NCBI GenBank assembly: GCA_016788485.1
Contig: JAEUSV010000048.1
Coordinates: forward strand, 13,956 to 77,955
Origin: Flavobacteriales bacterium
Lineage (GTDB): Bacteria; Bacteroidota; Bacteroidia; Flavobacteriales_F; PHOS-HE28
Length of the DNA stretch: 64,000 bases
Reading direction: 5' to 3'
Made by a program: the position numbers and the translations under genes. Of this stretch, positions 45,649-53,699 are shown piece after piece; within the stretch, counting starts at the first letter, position 1; the number at the start of each line of letters is the position of its first letter. The notes under the pieces are model-generated. The model ran no database searches. It was not told where the DNA came from and saw only the letters and a program-made list of their open reading frames with translations.

Positions 45649-47545
45649 CGTGAACCGTTCGCTGCTCCTGTCCGGCTCCCTGCTCCTGGCCCTGCTCGCC
45701 GAGGCCCAGGTGCCCACGCAATGCCTCGAGGTCGAGCGCATCCTGGTGGATGCCTGCATCTCGAGCGCTGACTGCCCCGGTTCGCAGGAAGGCCAGAACG
45801 AGATGGTGCGCTTCCGCGTGGGGCCGCAGCCCATCGCCCTCGCCGACCTGGAGGTCGACTGGCCGAACAACAGCTTCCTCGGCTTGGCGCAGAACAGCTC
45901 CACAGCGGCGGTAACGGCGGCCTTGAACGCGACCATCACGGCCTGTGGCCAGTTGCTGGAGCCCCCCGGCGGTATCATTCCGGCCGGTGCCTCGGTGCTG
46001 CTGATCACCAGCCCGGAGATGTGCACGGCGGCCAACAGTTTCGCCGGCCTCGCCGATACGCTCTATGTGATCTACCAGGCCGTGGGTAATTCCGCCGGCC
46101 ACTTCGCCAACCACAACAACGGCGGCAATGTGTCACCGGTGCCGGTGGGCGGCATCGCCTTGCGCACCCTGGTGATCGGCGTGCAGGGTTCCGGCTGTGC
46201 CGATACCGTCACCTACGACAGGCAGCTGCTGGTGAACACCTTCGGCACCTACGGCGGCACCAGTGCGGAGAACGATGGGGCCACGGTCGCCTTCAGCTGG
46301 CCTGGACCGCCGCAGGCCACGTACAGCAACCCGGGATGCCAGGCACCGGTGGTGGCCACCACAGTGGTCGCGAGCAGCGGATCGGGCACCGTATGTCCGG
46401 GGGGAACGGTGGCGCTCACCGCCACGGTGACGGGCCCGTACAGCACCCTGCAATGGTCCGGTGGCACCGGCAGTTTCAGCGCTCCCAACGACAGCATCAG
46501 TGTGTACACGCTTGGACCGGGTGATGCGGGCACGGTCACGCTCACCTTCTGCGCCGCGGGCGGCTGTGGGCAGGGCGTGTGCGACACGGTGCAGCTGCAG
46601 GTGGGCACGGGCCCGGCCGTGTCCATCAGCGGTGGCGGCGCCCTGTGCCCGGGCAGCACCATGATGCTCTTCGCCAGCGGCGCCGATACCTACGTGTGGA
46701 GCACGGGCGACATCGGTCCGTCGTTGCTCATCGGCACACCGGGAACGTACGCGGTGGTGGGCACGGGCCCCTGCGGCCAGTCGAGCGATACGGTGGTGGT
46801 GGCGCCCGTGCCGCCGCTCCAGGTCTCGATCACCGGGGATACCGTCCTGTGCCCCGGGGAAAGCATCGTGCTCACCGCCACACCGGGCGTCACCTACCAA
46901 TGGAACAACGGCGCCAGCACCCAGGGCATCACCGTGGATGTGCCGGGCCCCTACTTCGTCACCGTGAGCAACGGCTGCACCTCGGGCATGGCCTACACGG
47001 CCGTCACGGAGGTCGCCCTGGCCGTGGCCTTCACGGCCGCGCCCGCGACAGGCACCGCGCCGCTCAACGTGGCCTTCAGCAACACCAGCACGCCGGCCTC
47101 CGCCGCGTGGGCCTGGGACTTCGGTGATGGCACCGGTTCCGCATCGGCCGCTCCGGCGCACCTCTTCACGGACCCTGGCAGTTACACCGTAACGCTCACC
47201 GGCACGCTGGATGGCTGCACGGACCAGGCGCAGCTCACCGTGGTGGTGCAGTCCGCACCGGAGGGGCCGCCCAGCATCACCATACCCAACGTCTTCAGCC
47301 CGAACGGCGATGGCGTCAACGACGGCTTCGTGGTGCTTTCCGAAGGCATCCGCAGCCTGCGCGTGCTGGTGTACAACCGCTGGGGCCAGGAGGTCGGCTC
47401 CCTGGAAGGGCGGCTGGAACCTTGGGACGGTCGCACGAAGAGCGGACAGCAGGTACCCGAGGGGACCTACTTCTACGTGCTCGAGGCCGAGGCCGTCGAC
47501 GGCACGGCGCTCAGCCGGAGCGGCACCTTGACGCTGGTGCGGTAG
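45649..47545 (+). CDS. secreted PKD-domain protein with T9SS type B C-terminal sorting domain
   Basis: Probable GTG start at 45649 gives (M)NRSLLLSGSLLLALLAEAQ; the ORF is open from 45584. PKD domain (..PLNVAFSNTS..WDFGDGTGS..FTDPGSYTVTLT..). C-terminus ..IPNVFSPNGDGVNDGFVV..VLVYNRWGQEV..WDGRTKSGQQVPEGTYFYVLEA.. Confidence 0.85.
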
Positions 47546-47570
47546 GCCGGGGCCAGCGGGCAGGGCCCCG

Positions 47571-49970
47571 GTGCCCCGTACCTTTGCCGCCCTCTCCTTC
47601 GTGCGCTCCGTGATCCGCTCCTTCGCCCTGGTGCTTTTGCATGCCGCGTTCGTGGCGGCCCGGGCCCAGTGCGTCACCACCATCACCACCTTCCCATACC
47701 TCGAGGACTTCGAGGCGGGACCGGCGTGGACCAGTGGCGGCACGGCCAGCGACTGGGCCTGGGGCACGCCGGCGCATCCCACCATCAACAGCGCGGGGGG
47801 CGGGGTGAACAGCTGGTGCGTGGGCGGCCTCACCGGTTCGTTCTACAGCCTTGGTCAGCAGAGCTGGATCGAAAGTCCCTGCTTCGACCTGTCCGGTGTC
47901 CCTTATCCGTGGATCAGCTTCAAGATCTTCTGGGAGGTGGAGCGCCAGTACGATGGCCTTGTGCTGCAATACTCGCTGAACGCGGGCGCCACCTGGCAGA
48001 ACGTAGGGGCCTTCGGCGACCCGGTCGACTGCCTCAACGACAACTGGTACAATGAGGACAACGTGAACAACCTCACCACCGCCAACCCCCGCCATGGCTG
48101 GAGCGGGCGCATCGGGGCCACGGTGGGCAGCTGCTCCGGCGGCCAGGGCAGCGCTGGCTGGGTCACCGCGAAGCACTGCCTGGTGGGGCTCGGCGGCCAG
48201 TCCAGCGTGAAGTTGCGCTTCCTCTTCGGGGCGGGCACGGCATGCAACAACTACGACGGCATCGCCATCGACGATGTGTTCATCGGTGCCGCGCCGGCCA
48301 ACAGCGCGTCGTTCACCTACACCTGCAACGGCAACCAGGTCACCTTCACCAACACCAGCGCGCAATGCCCCACGGCCTATGCGTGGGACTTCGGTGATCC
48401 GGCCTCGGGCGCGCAGAACACCGCCACCACGGCCAACGCCGCGCATACCTATCCGGGCCCCGGCACCTACACGGTCACCTTCACCACCTCGGGGCCGTGC
48501 AATGCCCCCGCCACCGTCACCACGCCCATCACCATCCTCGACGTCTCCATCAACGGGGTCGATCCGCAATGCACCGCCAACTCCGGTTCGTGCACGGCGG
48601 TGGTGGCGAACTACGGTCCGCCCTTTACCTATGCATGGAGCCCGGGCGGGCAGAGCACGGCCTCCATCACAGGCCTGGTGGCCGGCACCTACGATGTCAC
48701 CGTGACCGCGCCCGGAGCCTGTGCGGGTACCGCCACGGCCACGCTTACCGCGCCGGCCTCACCGCTGGTGCTCACCCCGAACGCCTCGCCCGTCACCTGC
48801 GCCGGTGCGAGCGATGGTGAAGTGTCCGTGACCGTGGCCGGAGGGAGCGCGCCCTTCAGCTATGCCTGGAGCCCAGGAGGTGGCAACGCATCCACGGTGA
48901 CCGGCCTGGCCGTGGGCACCTACACCGTTACCGTGACGGATGCGGCCGGCTGCTCGGCGGACACCACCGCGGTGGTGAACGGCCCCCAGCCGTTGGTGGT
49001 CACGGCCATGGCCGATGCGTCCGTGTGCAACGGTGCCTCCATCACGCTCACCGCCACCACCAGCGGAGGCACGGGAGCCGCCACGCTCGCCTGGTCGCCC
49101 GCTGGTCCTGTGGTGGCTCCCGCGGCCACCACCACGTACACGGTGACCGCCACCGATGCGAACGGCTGCTCCTCCGCACCGGACGATGTGCAGATCACCG
49201 TGGGCAGCGCCGTAGTGCCGGTGATCACCACGGGACCGCCCGCGGGCTGCGCCACCTGGTGCGTGGACCTGTCCACGACCACGCCGGGCGTCCAGTTCGA
49301 CTGGGCCTTCGGCGATGGCGCCACGGGGCAGGGCGCCAACGTCACCCATTGCTACACCGATGCAGGCCTCTTCGATGTAAGCCTCACCGTGACCGATGCC
49401 GCAGGGTGCAGTGGTGTGAGCGAGCTGGCCGGTGTGATCGAGGTGTATGCGGTGCCTGCGGCCACATACGTGCAGTCGCCTACGGTGGCGCTGGTGAGCG
49501 ATCCCACGTTCACGTTCACGGCCTCGGGCGCGGCCGACGCCACCTATGCCTGGTCCTTCGGTGATCCGACCGGTGCGACGGCCACAGGCCAGGGCACGGC
49601 CTTTACCTATCCGGGCGCGGGCTGCTATCCCGTGTCGCTGTTGGTGACCTCCGCCGACGGCTGCGTGAACAGCACGGAGGGCGAGGCCTGCGTGGAGGAC
49701 GAGTTCGCACTGTACGTGCCGAACACCTTCAGCCCCAACGGCGATGGCATCAACGACGCGTTCGGTGTGGTGACCTCGGTACGCGCCCCCAAGGACTTCG
49801 TGCTGCGCGTGTTCGATCGCTGGGGGCAGGAGCTGTGGACAGGCCGGGAGCTCAACGCCGGTTGGTCGGGCGATGCGGTGCCGCAGGGCGTGTACGCCTG
49901 GACCCTGGAGCTGCGCGATGCCACCGGGACCCAGCGCCGCGCGCGCGGGCACGTGGTGCTGCTGCGCTAG
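47571..49970 (+). CDS. secreted PKD/SprB-repeat protein with T9SS type B C-terminal sorting domain
   Basis: Signal-like N-terminus. PKD domains (..WDFGDPASGAQN..YPGPGTYTVTFT..). SprB-type repeats (..PVTCAGASDGEVSVTVAGGSAPFSYAWSPGG..TGLAVGTYTVTVTDAAGC..). C-terminus ..VPNTFSPNGDGINDAFGV..RVFDRWGQELW..WSGDAVPQGVYAWTLE.. Confidence 0.85.
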   Translation: MPRTFAALSFVRSVIRSFALVLLHAAFVAARAQCVTTITTFPYLEDFEAGPAWTSGGTASDWAWGTPAHPTINSAGGGVNSWCVGGLTGSFYSLGQQSWIESPCFDLSGVPYPWISFKIFWEVERQYDGLVLQYSLNAGATWQNVGAFGDPVDCLNDNWYNEDNVNNLTTANPRHGWSGRIGATVGSCSGGQGSAGWVTAKHCLVGLGGQSSVKLRFLFGAGTACNNYDGIAIDDVFIGAAPANSASFTYTCNGNQVTFTNTSAQCPTAYAWDFGDPASGAQNTATTANAAHTYPGPGTYTVTFTTSGPCNAPATVTTPITILDVSINGVDPQCTANSGSCTAVVANYGPPFTYAWSPGGQSTASITGLVAGTYDVTVTAPGACAGTATATLTAPASPLVLTPNASPVTCAGASDGEVSVTVAGGSAPFSYAWSPGGGNASTVTGLAVGTYTVTVTDAAGCSADTTAVVNGPQPLVVTAMADASVCNGASITLTATTSGGTGAATLAWSPAGPVVAPAATTTYTVTATDANGCSSAPDDVQITVGSAVVPVITTGPPAGCATWCVDLSTTTPGVQFDWAFGDGATGQGANVTHCYTDAGLFDVSLTVTDAAGCSGVSELAGVIEVYAVPAATYVQSPTVALVSDPTFTFTASGAADATYAWSFGDPTGATATGQGTAFTYPGAGCYPVSLLVTSADGCVNSTEGEACVEDEFALYVPNTFSPNGDGINDAFGVVTSVRAPKDFVLRVFDRWGQELWTGRELNAGWSGDAVPQGVYAWTLELRDATGTQRRARGHVVLLR

Positions 49971-49981
49971 CCGCCAACGAA

Positions 49982-50010
49982 AAGCCCGGCGCATTGGCCG
50001 GGCTTCTCTT
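49982..50010. terminator. bidirectional intrinsic terminator hairpin between convergent genes
   Basis: Perfect 9-bp stem aagcccggc (49982-49990) / gccgggctt (49997-50005) with a 6-nt loop, followed by ctctt. It sits in the 61-bp gap between the stops at 49970 (+) and 50032 (-). Confidence 0.55.
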
Positions 50011-50031
50011 GTGACGCGATGTGAAGGTGAT

Positions 50032-50766
50032 TCAACGCATGGCGCGCGGCTCGTGGCCACCATCACCACGGATGAACTCCGTCTTCCGGCCATCGAAGAG
50101 CGCGAAGCCCAGCGAAACGGTGAGGAGGTTGCAGTTGAGGCCGGCGTAGGGCTTGTAGGTCACGCCGTCCTTGGTCTCCTGGAAATCCTGGTTGTGGAAG
50201 TTGGTGAGGTAGTAGCGCACCGTGAGCGTAACGCTGCCCGGACCTTGCACACCGGCGAACACGCTCTGGTAGAACTGTTCGTTGCGGTCGCTGAACCACA
50301 CGTTGAACTTGTCCTCCTTCTTCTCGTTCTCGAACATCTTCTCCTTGTAGTTGAAGGGCATCTCGAACTCGTATCCGGCGAAGAAGAGCGCGCCGTTCAT
50401 CTTGCCGGCCTTGATGCCCACGGGGATGCCCACATTGTACGTGCGGAACTTGTAACGGCGGTTGAGGGAGTCGCCGGGCACGTCGTAGATGAAGCCCTGG
50501 TTGCGGATGCTCAGGCCGGTGAACAGCCCGAAATGCTCGCTGAGGTCATAGTTCAGCATGCCCTGGGCGTTGAAGAAGGGCGAGAAGCGCACCACGCTGC
50601 CCTGGTCGCTGCCGTTCACATCGAGGATCGGCATGGAGAAGATCCACTCGCCGCTGGTGGACCAGTAGGCCTTCTTCACCGGCGGGGTGTACACGGCGAA
50701 GTTCTGGGCCTGCACGCCAAGGGCGGTGGCGATGCCGAGGCAGGAGGTGAGCACGATGCGCAACAT
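50032..50766 (-). CDS. outer-membrane beta-barrel protein (family not assigned)
   Basis: Signal peptide MLRIVLTSCLGIATALGVQAQ. Alternating hydrophobic beta-strand pattern with Gly/aromatic-rich strands (..FGLFTGLSIRNQGFIYD.., ..YNVGIPVGIKAG.., ..ALFFAGYEFEMPF..). 244 aa. Confidence 0.65.
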   Translation of the reverse strand: MLRIVLTSCLGIATALGVQAQNFAVYTPPVKKAYWSTSGEWIFSMPILDVNGSDQGSVVRFSPFFNAQGMLNYDLSEHFGLFTGLSIRNQGFIYDVPGDSLNRRYKFRTYNVGIPVGIKAGKMNGALFFAGYEFEMPFNYKEKMFENEKKEDKFNVWFSDRNEQFYQSVFAGVQGPGSVTLTVRYYLTNFHNQDFQETKDGVTYKPYAGLNCNLLTVSLGFALFDGRKTEFIRGDGGHEPRAMR

Positions 50767-50808
50767 GGGGGGAGGGTTTGGTCGTACGACGATCGTAAGG
50801 CGCCGAAG

Positions 50809-51426
50809 TTACAGGCCGGCACCGGAAGGGGTGGGAAGCGCGCGCAACGCATCGTACACCCGGTGCATCGGCAGGCCCATCACGGTGTAGAAGCTGCCTT
50901 CGATGCGCGTGACGGCCGTATAGCCGATCCAGTCCTGCACGCCGTAGCTGCCGGCCTTGTCCAGCGGGCGGTGGCGCTCCACGTAGTAGGCGATCTCCTC
51001 CGGGCTTAGCGCGCGGAAGGTCACGTTCGCCACATCGGCGAAGCTGTGCAGCCCTGCCGCGGTCCGCAGGCACACGCCGGTGATCACCCGATGGCTGCGG
51101 CCGGCGAGCAGGGCCAGCATGCGCCGCGCATCGAAGTCGTCCAACGGCTTGTTGAGCAGGTGGGCACCGGATGTGTCATCGAGCAGCACGGTGGTGTCGG
51201 CCGTTACGAGCACCTGGTCGGGTGCGAGGGTGCCGGTCCAGGCGCGGGCCTTTTCGCGCGCGAGGTGCTCGGCCACCTGGTCGTCGGGCATGCCCGCAGG
51301 AGGCGTCTCGTCGATGTCCACCTGCGTGATCTCCACGGGCAGGTCGAGCCCCTGCAGCAGTTGCCGCCGGCGCGGGCTGGCCGAGGCGAGCACCAGCCGC
51401 CAGGGGAAGAGGGGCGGGGCGGTCAT
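50809..51426 (-). CDS. maf: Maf-like nucleoside triphosphate pyrophosphatase
   Basis: ..LVLASASPRRRQLLQGLDLPVEI.. and ..DKAGSYGVQD.. are Maf family signatures. 205 aa. Confidence 0.85.
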   Translation of the reverse strand: MTAPPLFPWRLVLASASPRRRQLLQGLDLPVEITQVDIDETPPAGMPDDQVAEHLAREKARAWTGTLAPDQVLVTADTTVLLDDTSGAHLLNKPLDDFDARRMLALLAGRSHRVITGVCLRTAAGLHSFADVANVTFRALSPEEIAYYVERHRPLDKAGSYGVQDWIGYTAVTRIEGSFYTVMGLPMHRVYDALRALPTPSGAGL

Positions 51427-52400
51427 GCGTGCAGGATCGGGCCCAGGAGCCAGGCGTAGGCGATGGCCACCACCATGGCGGCCTTCATCACGTTACCGGC
51501 CAGCACGTGCCCCTCGCGCTCGGTGGCGGTGGCCGACATCCAGGCGCTCACGAGCATGGGCGCGATCACGCCGAAGGTGATCACCCAGAACGAGAGCGTA
51601 TCGCCCAGGTAGCGGCGGTAGAGGAACCAGGCCGCCATGCAGATGCATATGCTGTAGAACACCACCAGGGCGCGCGCCCACTTCATGCCCAGCACGATGG
51701 GCACCGTACGGCAGCCGTCGGCCTCGTCGCCGCGCACATCGGCCATGTCCTTCTGCAGTTCGCGCACCAGGGTGGTGGCGAAGGCGAACACGGTGTAGAG
51801 CACAATGCCCGACCACAGGAGCTTGAAGTAGCCTTCCGTGGCCTCCACCGGCACCCCGCTGCCGAGCAGTTCGGGGGCATAGCGCAGCTCGAGCAGCGGC
51901 ACCTCGTACAGGCCCACGGTGAGCGGTACGAGGGCGGTGAGCGTGGCCACGAGCCCGTTGCCGATGAAGAGCCGTCGCTTGAACGTGGTGCTGTAGGTCC
52001 ACAACGCGCCGATGGCGAAGGCGGGGATCAGGGCGAGCCGGGGCGACCCCGCGCGCCACGCCGCCCAGGCGCCGAGCAGCAGGCCCACGCCGCTGAGCAC
52101 GAGGTGACCGGCCATGGCCACCCTGCGCTTCACGGTGCGTCCCACGATCACGTCGTTGGGCTTGTTGATGCGGTCGATGCGCGTGTCGAAGTAGTCGTTG
52201 ATGACGTTGCCGGCCGCGGCGATGAGCACGGTGCTGAGCACGAGCGCCACGAAGGCGGGCAGGTCCTGTTGCAGCGTGTGCGCGTCGGGCCAGAGCAGCC
52301 CGCGCAGCAGGCCGTAGCGCATGGTGACCATCGTGAGCACGATGATCAGCAGGTTGAGCGGGCGGGTGAGGGCGATGAAGGCGCGCATGGCGGGGTTCAC
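51423..52400 (-). CDS. UbiA-family prenyltransferase
   Basis: Polytopic protein with the first Asp-rich motif NVINDYFDTRIDRINKP (NxxxDxxxD) and a second acidic motif region ..LQKDMADVRGDEADG.. 325 aa. Confidence 0.8.
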   Translation of the reverse strand: MNPAMRAFIALTRPLNLLIIVLTMVTMRYGLLRGLLWPDAHTLQQDLPAFVALVLSTVLIAAAGNVINDYFDTRIDRINKPNDVIVGRTVKRRVAMAGHLVLSGVGLLLGAWAAWRAGSPRLALIPAFAIGALWTYSTTFKRRLFIGNGLVATLTALVPLTVGLYEVPLLELRYAPELLGSGVPVEATEGYFKLLWSGIVLYTVFAFATTLVRELQKDMADVRGDEADGCRTVPIVLGMKWARALVVFYSICICMAAWFLYRRYLGDTLSFWVITFGVIAPMLVSAWMSATATEREGHVLAGNVMKAAMVVAIAYAWLLGPILHA

Positions 52401-52921
52401 CAGGTGTAGGCGCCGTCGGTGAGCCAGCGCCCCTGCACCTTCATGGTCTGTTCGATCAGGTCGCGTACACAGCCGCCGCCGCCGGGGTAGCGGCTCACGT
52501 AGCGGCTCACGGCCTTGATCTCCTCGGCGGCATCGGCCGGACAGCAGGGCAGGGCCACGCGCTGCATCACCCGCAGGTCGGGGATGTCGTCGCCCATGTA
52601 TGCCGTGCGCGACAGGTCGAGACCGCCCGCCACGAGCTCGTCGAGCCGGGCGCTCTTGTCGTACACGTGGTCATGGAACTCGGTGACGCGCGACCGGGCG
52701 AAGCTCTCGCGCATGCCGTCGCTGCGGCCGCCGGTGATGATCACGATGCGGAAGCCCTCCTTCACCGCGTGCTGCACGGCGTACGAGTCGCGGCTGTTGA
52801 AGCTGCGCACGGGGTCGAGGCCGGGCATCAGCAGCACGCGGTTGTCGGTGAACACGCCGTCCACATCGAAGAGGAAGGCGTTGATGCCGCTTAGCAGTTC
52901 CTTATAGGTCGGTGATGCCAC
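52397..52921 (-). CDS. kdsC: KDO 8-phosphate phosphatase (HAD-IIIA, KdsC-like)
   Basis: HAD motif I FLFDVDGVFTD, ..IITGGRS.., and motif ..YMGDDIPDL.. 174 aa, typical KdsC size. Confidence 0.8.
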   Translation of the reverse strand: MASPTYKELLSGINAFLFDVDGVFTDNRVLLMPGLDPVRSFNSRDSYAVQHAVKEGFRIVIITGGRSDGMRESFARSRVTEFHDHVYDKSARLDELVAGGLDLSRTAYMGDDIPDLRVMQRVALPCCPADAAEEIKAVSRYVSRYPGGGGCVRDLIEQTMKVQGRWLTDGAYTW

Positions 52922-53699
52922 GCTTGCGGGGATGGTACGCCTTCAGGATGAGCTCGCTGAGGAGCGCATAGGCGCGGCGAAGATCGCCTTCCTCCTCCAA
53001 CCGCTCCAAGTGCCGTTTGATCGTGTCAAGGTCGCCGCGACGCGCGGGACCGGTGAGGGCCTGTTCCGGGCCCACCTCGGCGACCTTGGCGCTCATGGCC
53101 TTCCATAGGGGGGTGAGGAGCTCGGGCGAAAGGCCTTCCTGCTCGAGCAGACGCCCCGCCTCGCGCAGCAGGAACACGGGGAAGTTGGAGGCGAGCACGG
53201 CGGCCAGGTGCACGGTGCGGCGCTTCTCCAGCGGCATCTCCACCACCTTGCCGCTGATGCTGCGGGCCACATCGAGGAGCACGGTACGGGCCTGCTCATC
53301 GTTCGCGTCAACCACCAGGGGCACACGGCTCAGGTCGGCGGGCTTGCCGGGGCTCAGGCTCTTGATGGGCCACAGCACCCCGCGGTGGGGCGCGCGGCCC
53401 AGGATGGCGTGGCCCTGCGCACCGCTGCAATGGGCCACCACGTGCCCGCCCTTGGGCAGCTGCCGGGCCACGGTGCGCACCGCGTCGTCGCTCACGGCCA
53501 GCAGCAGCAGGTCGGCCCCGGGCACGCGCGGCAGCAGGTAGGGCATGCACCCGAGCTCGGCCGCCAACGCGTCGACCTTGCCCTGGTCGCGGCCGCACAA
53601 CCCCTTGAGCTCCACACCCGCGCGCAACAAGGCATGGCCCAGGTGGTAGGCCATCCGGCCGGTGCCGATCAACGCGACGGAGGGCGCCTTGCGCTTCAT
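52902..53699 (-). CDS. Rossmann-fold NAD(P)-binding protein (DUF2520-type / F420-dependent oxidoreductase-like)
   Basis: Start ATG at 53699 (MKRKAPSVALIGTGRMAYHLGHALLRAG is GxGxxG). It overlaps the ccmF stop by 4 nt and kdsC by 20 nt. Confidence 0.7.
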   Translation of the reverse strand: MKRKAPSVALIGTGRMAYHLGHALLRAGVELKGLCGRDQGKVDALAAELGCMPYLLPRVPGADLLLLAVSDDAVRTVARQLPKGGHVVAHCSGAQGHAILGRAPHRGVLWPIKSLSPGKPADLSRVPLVVDANDEQARTVLLDVARSISGKVVEMPLEKRRTVHLAAVLASNFPVFLLREAGRLLEQEGLSPELLTPLWKAMSAKVAEVGPEQALTGPARRGDLDTIKRHLERLEEEGDLRRAYALLSELILKAYHPRKRGITDL

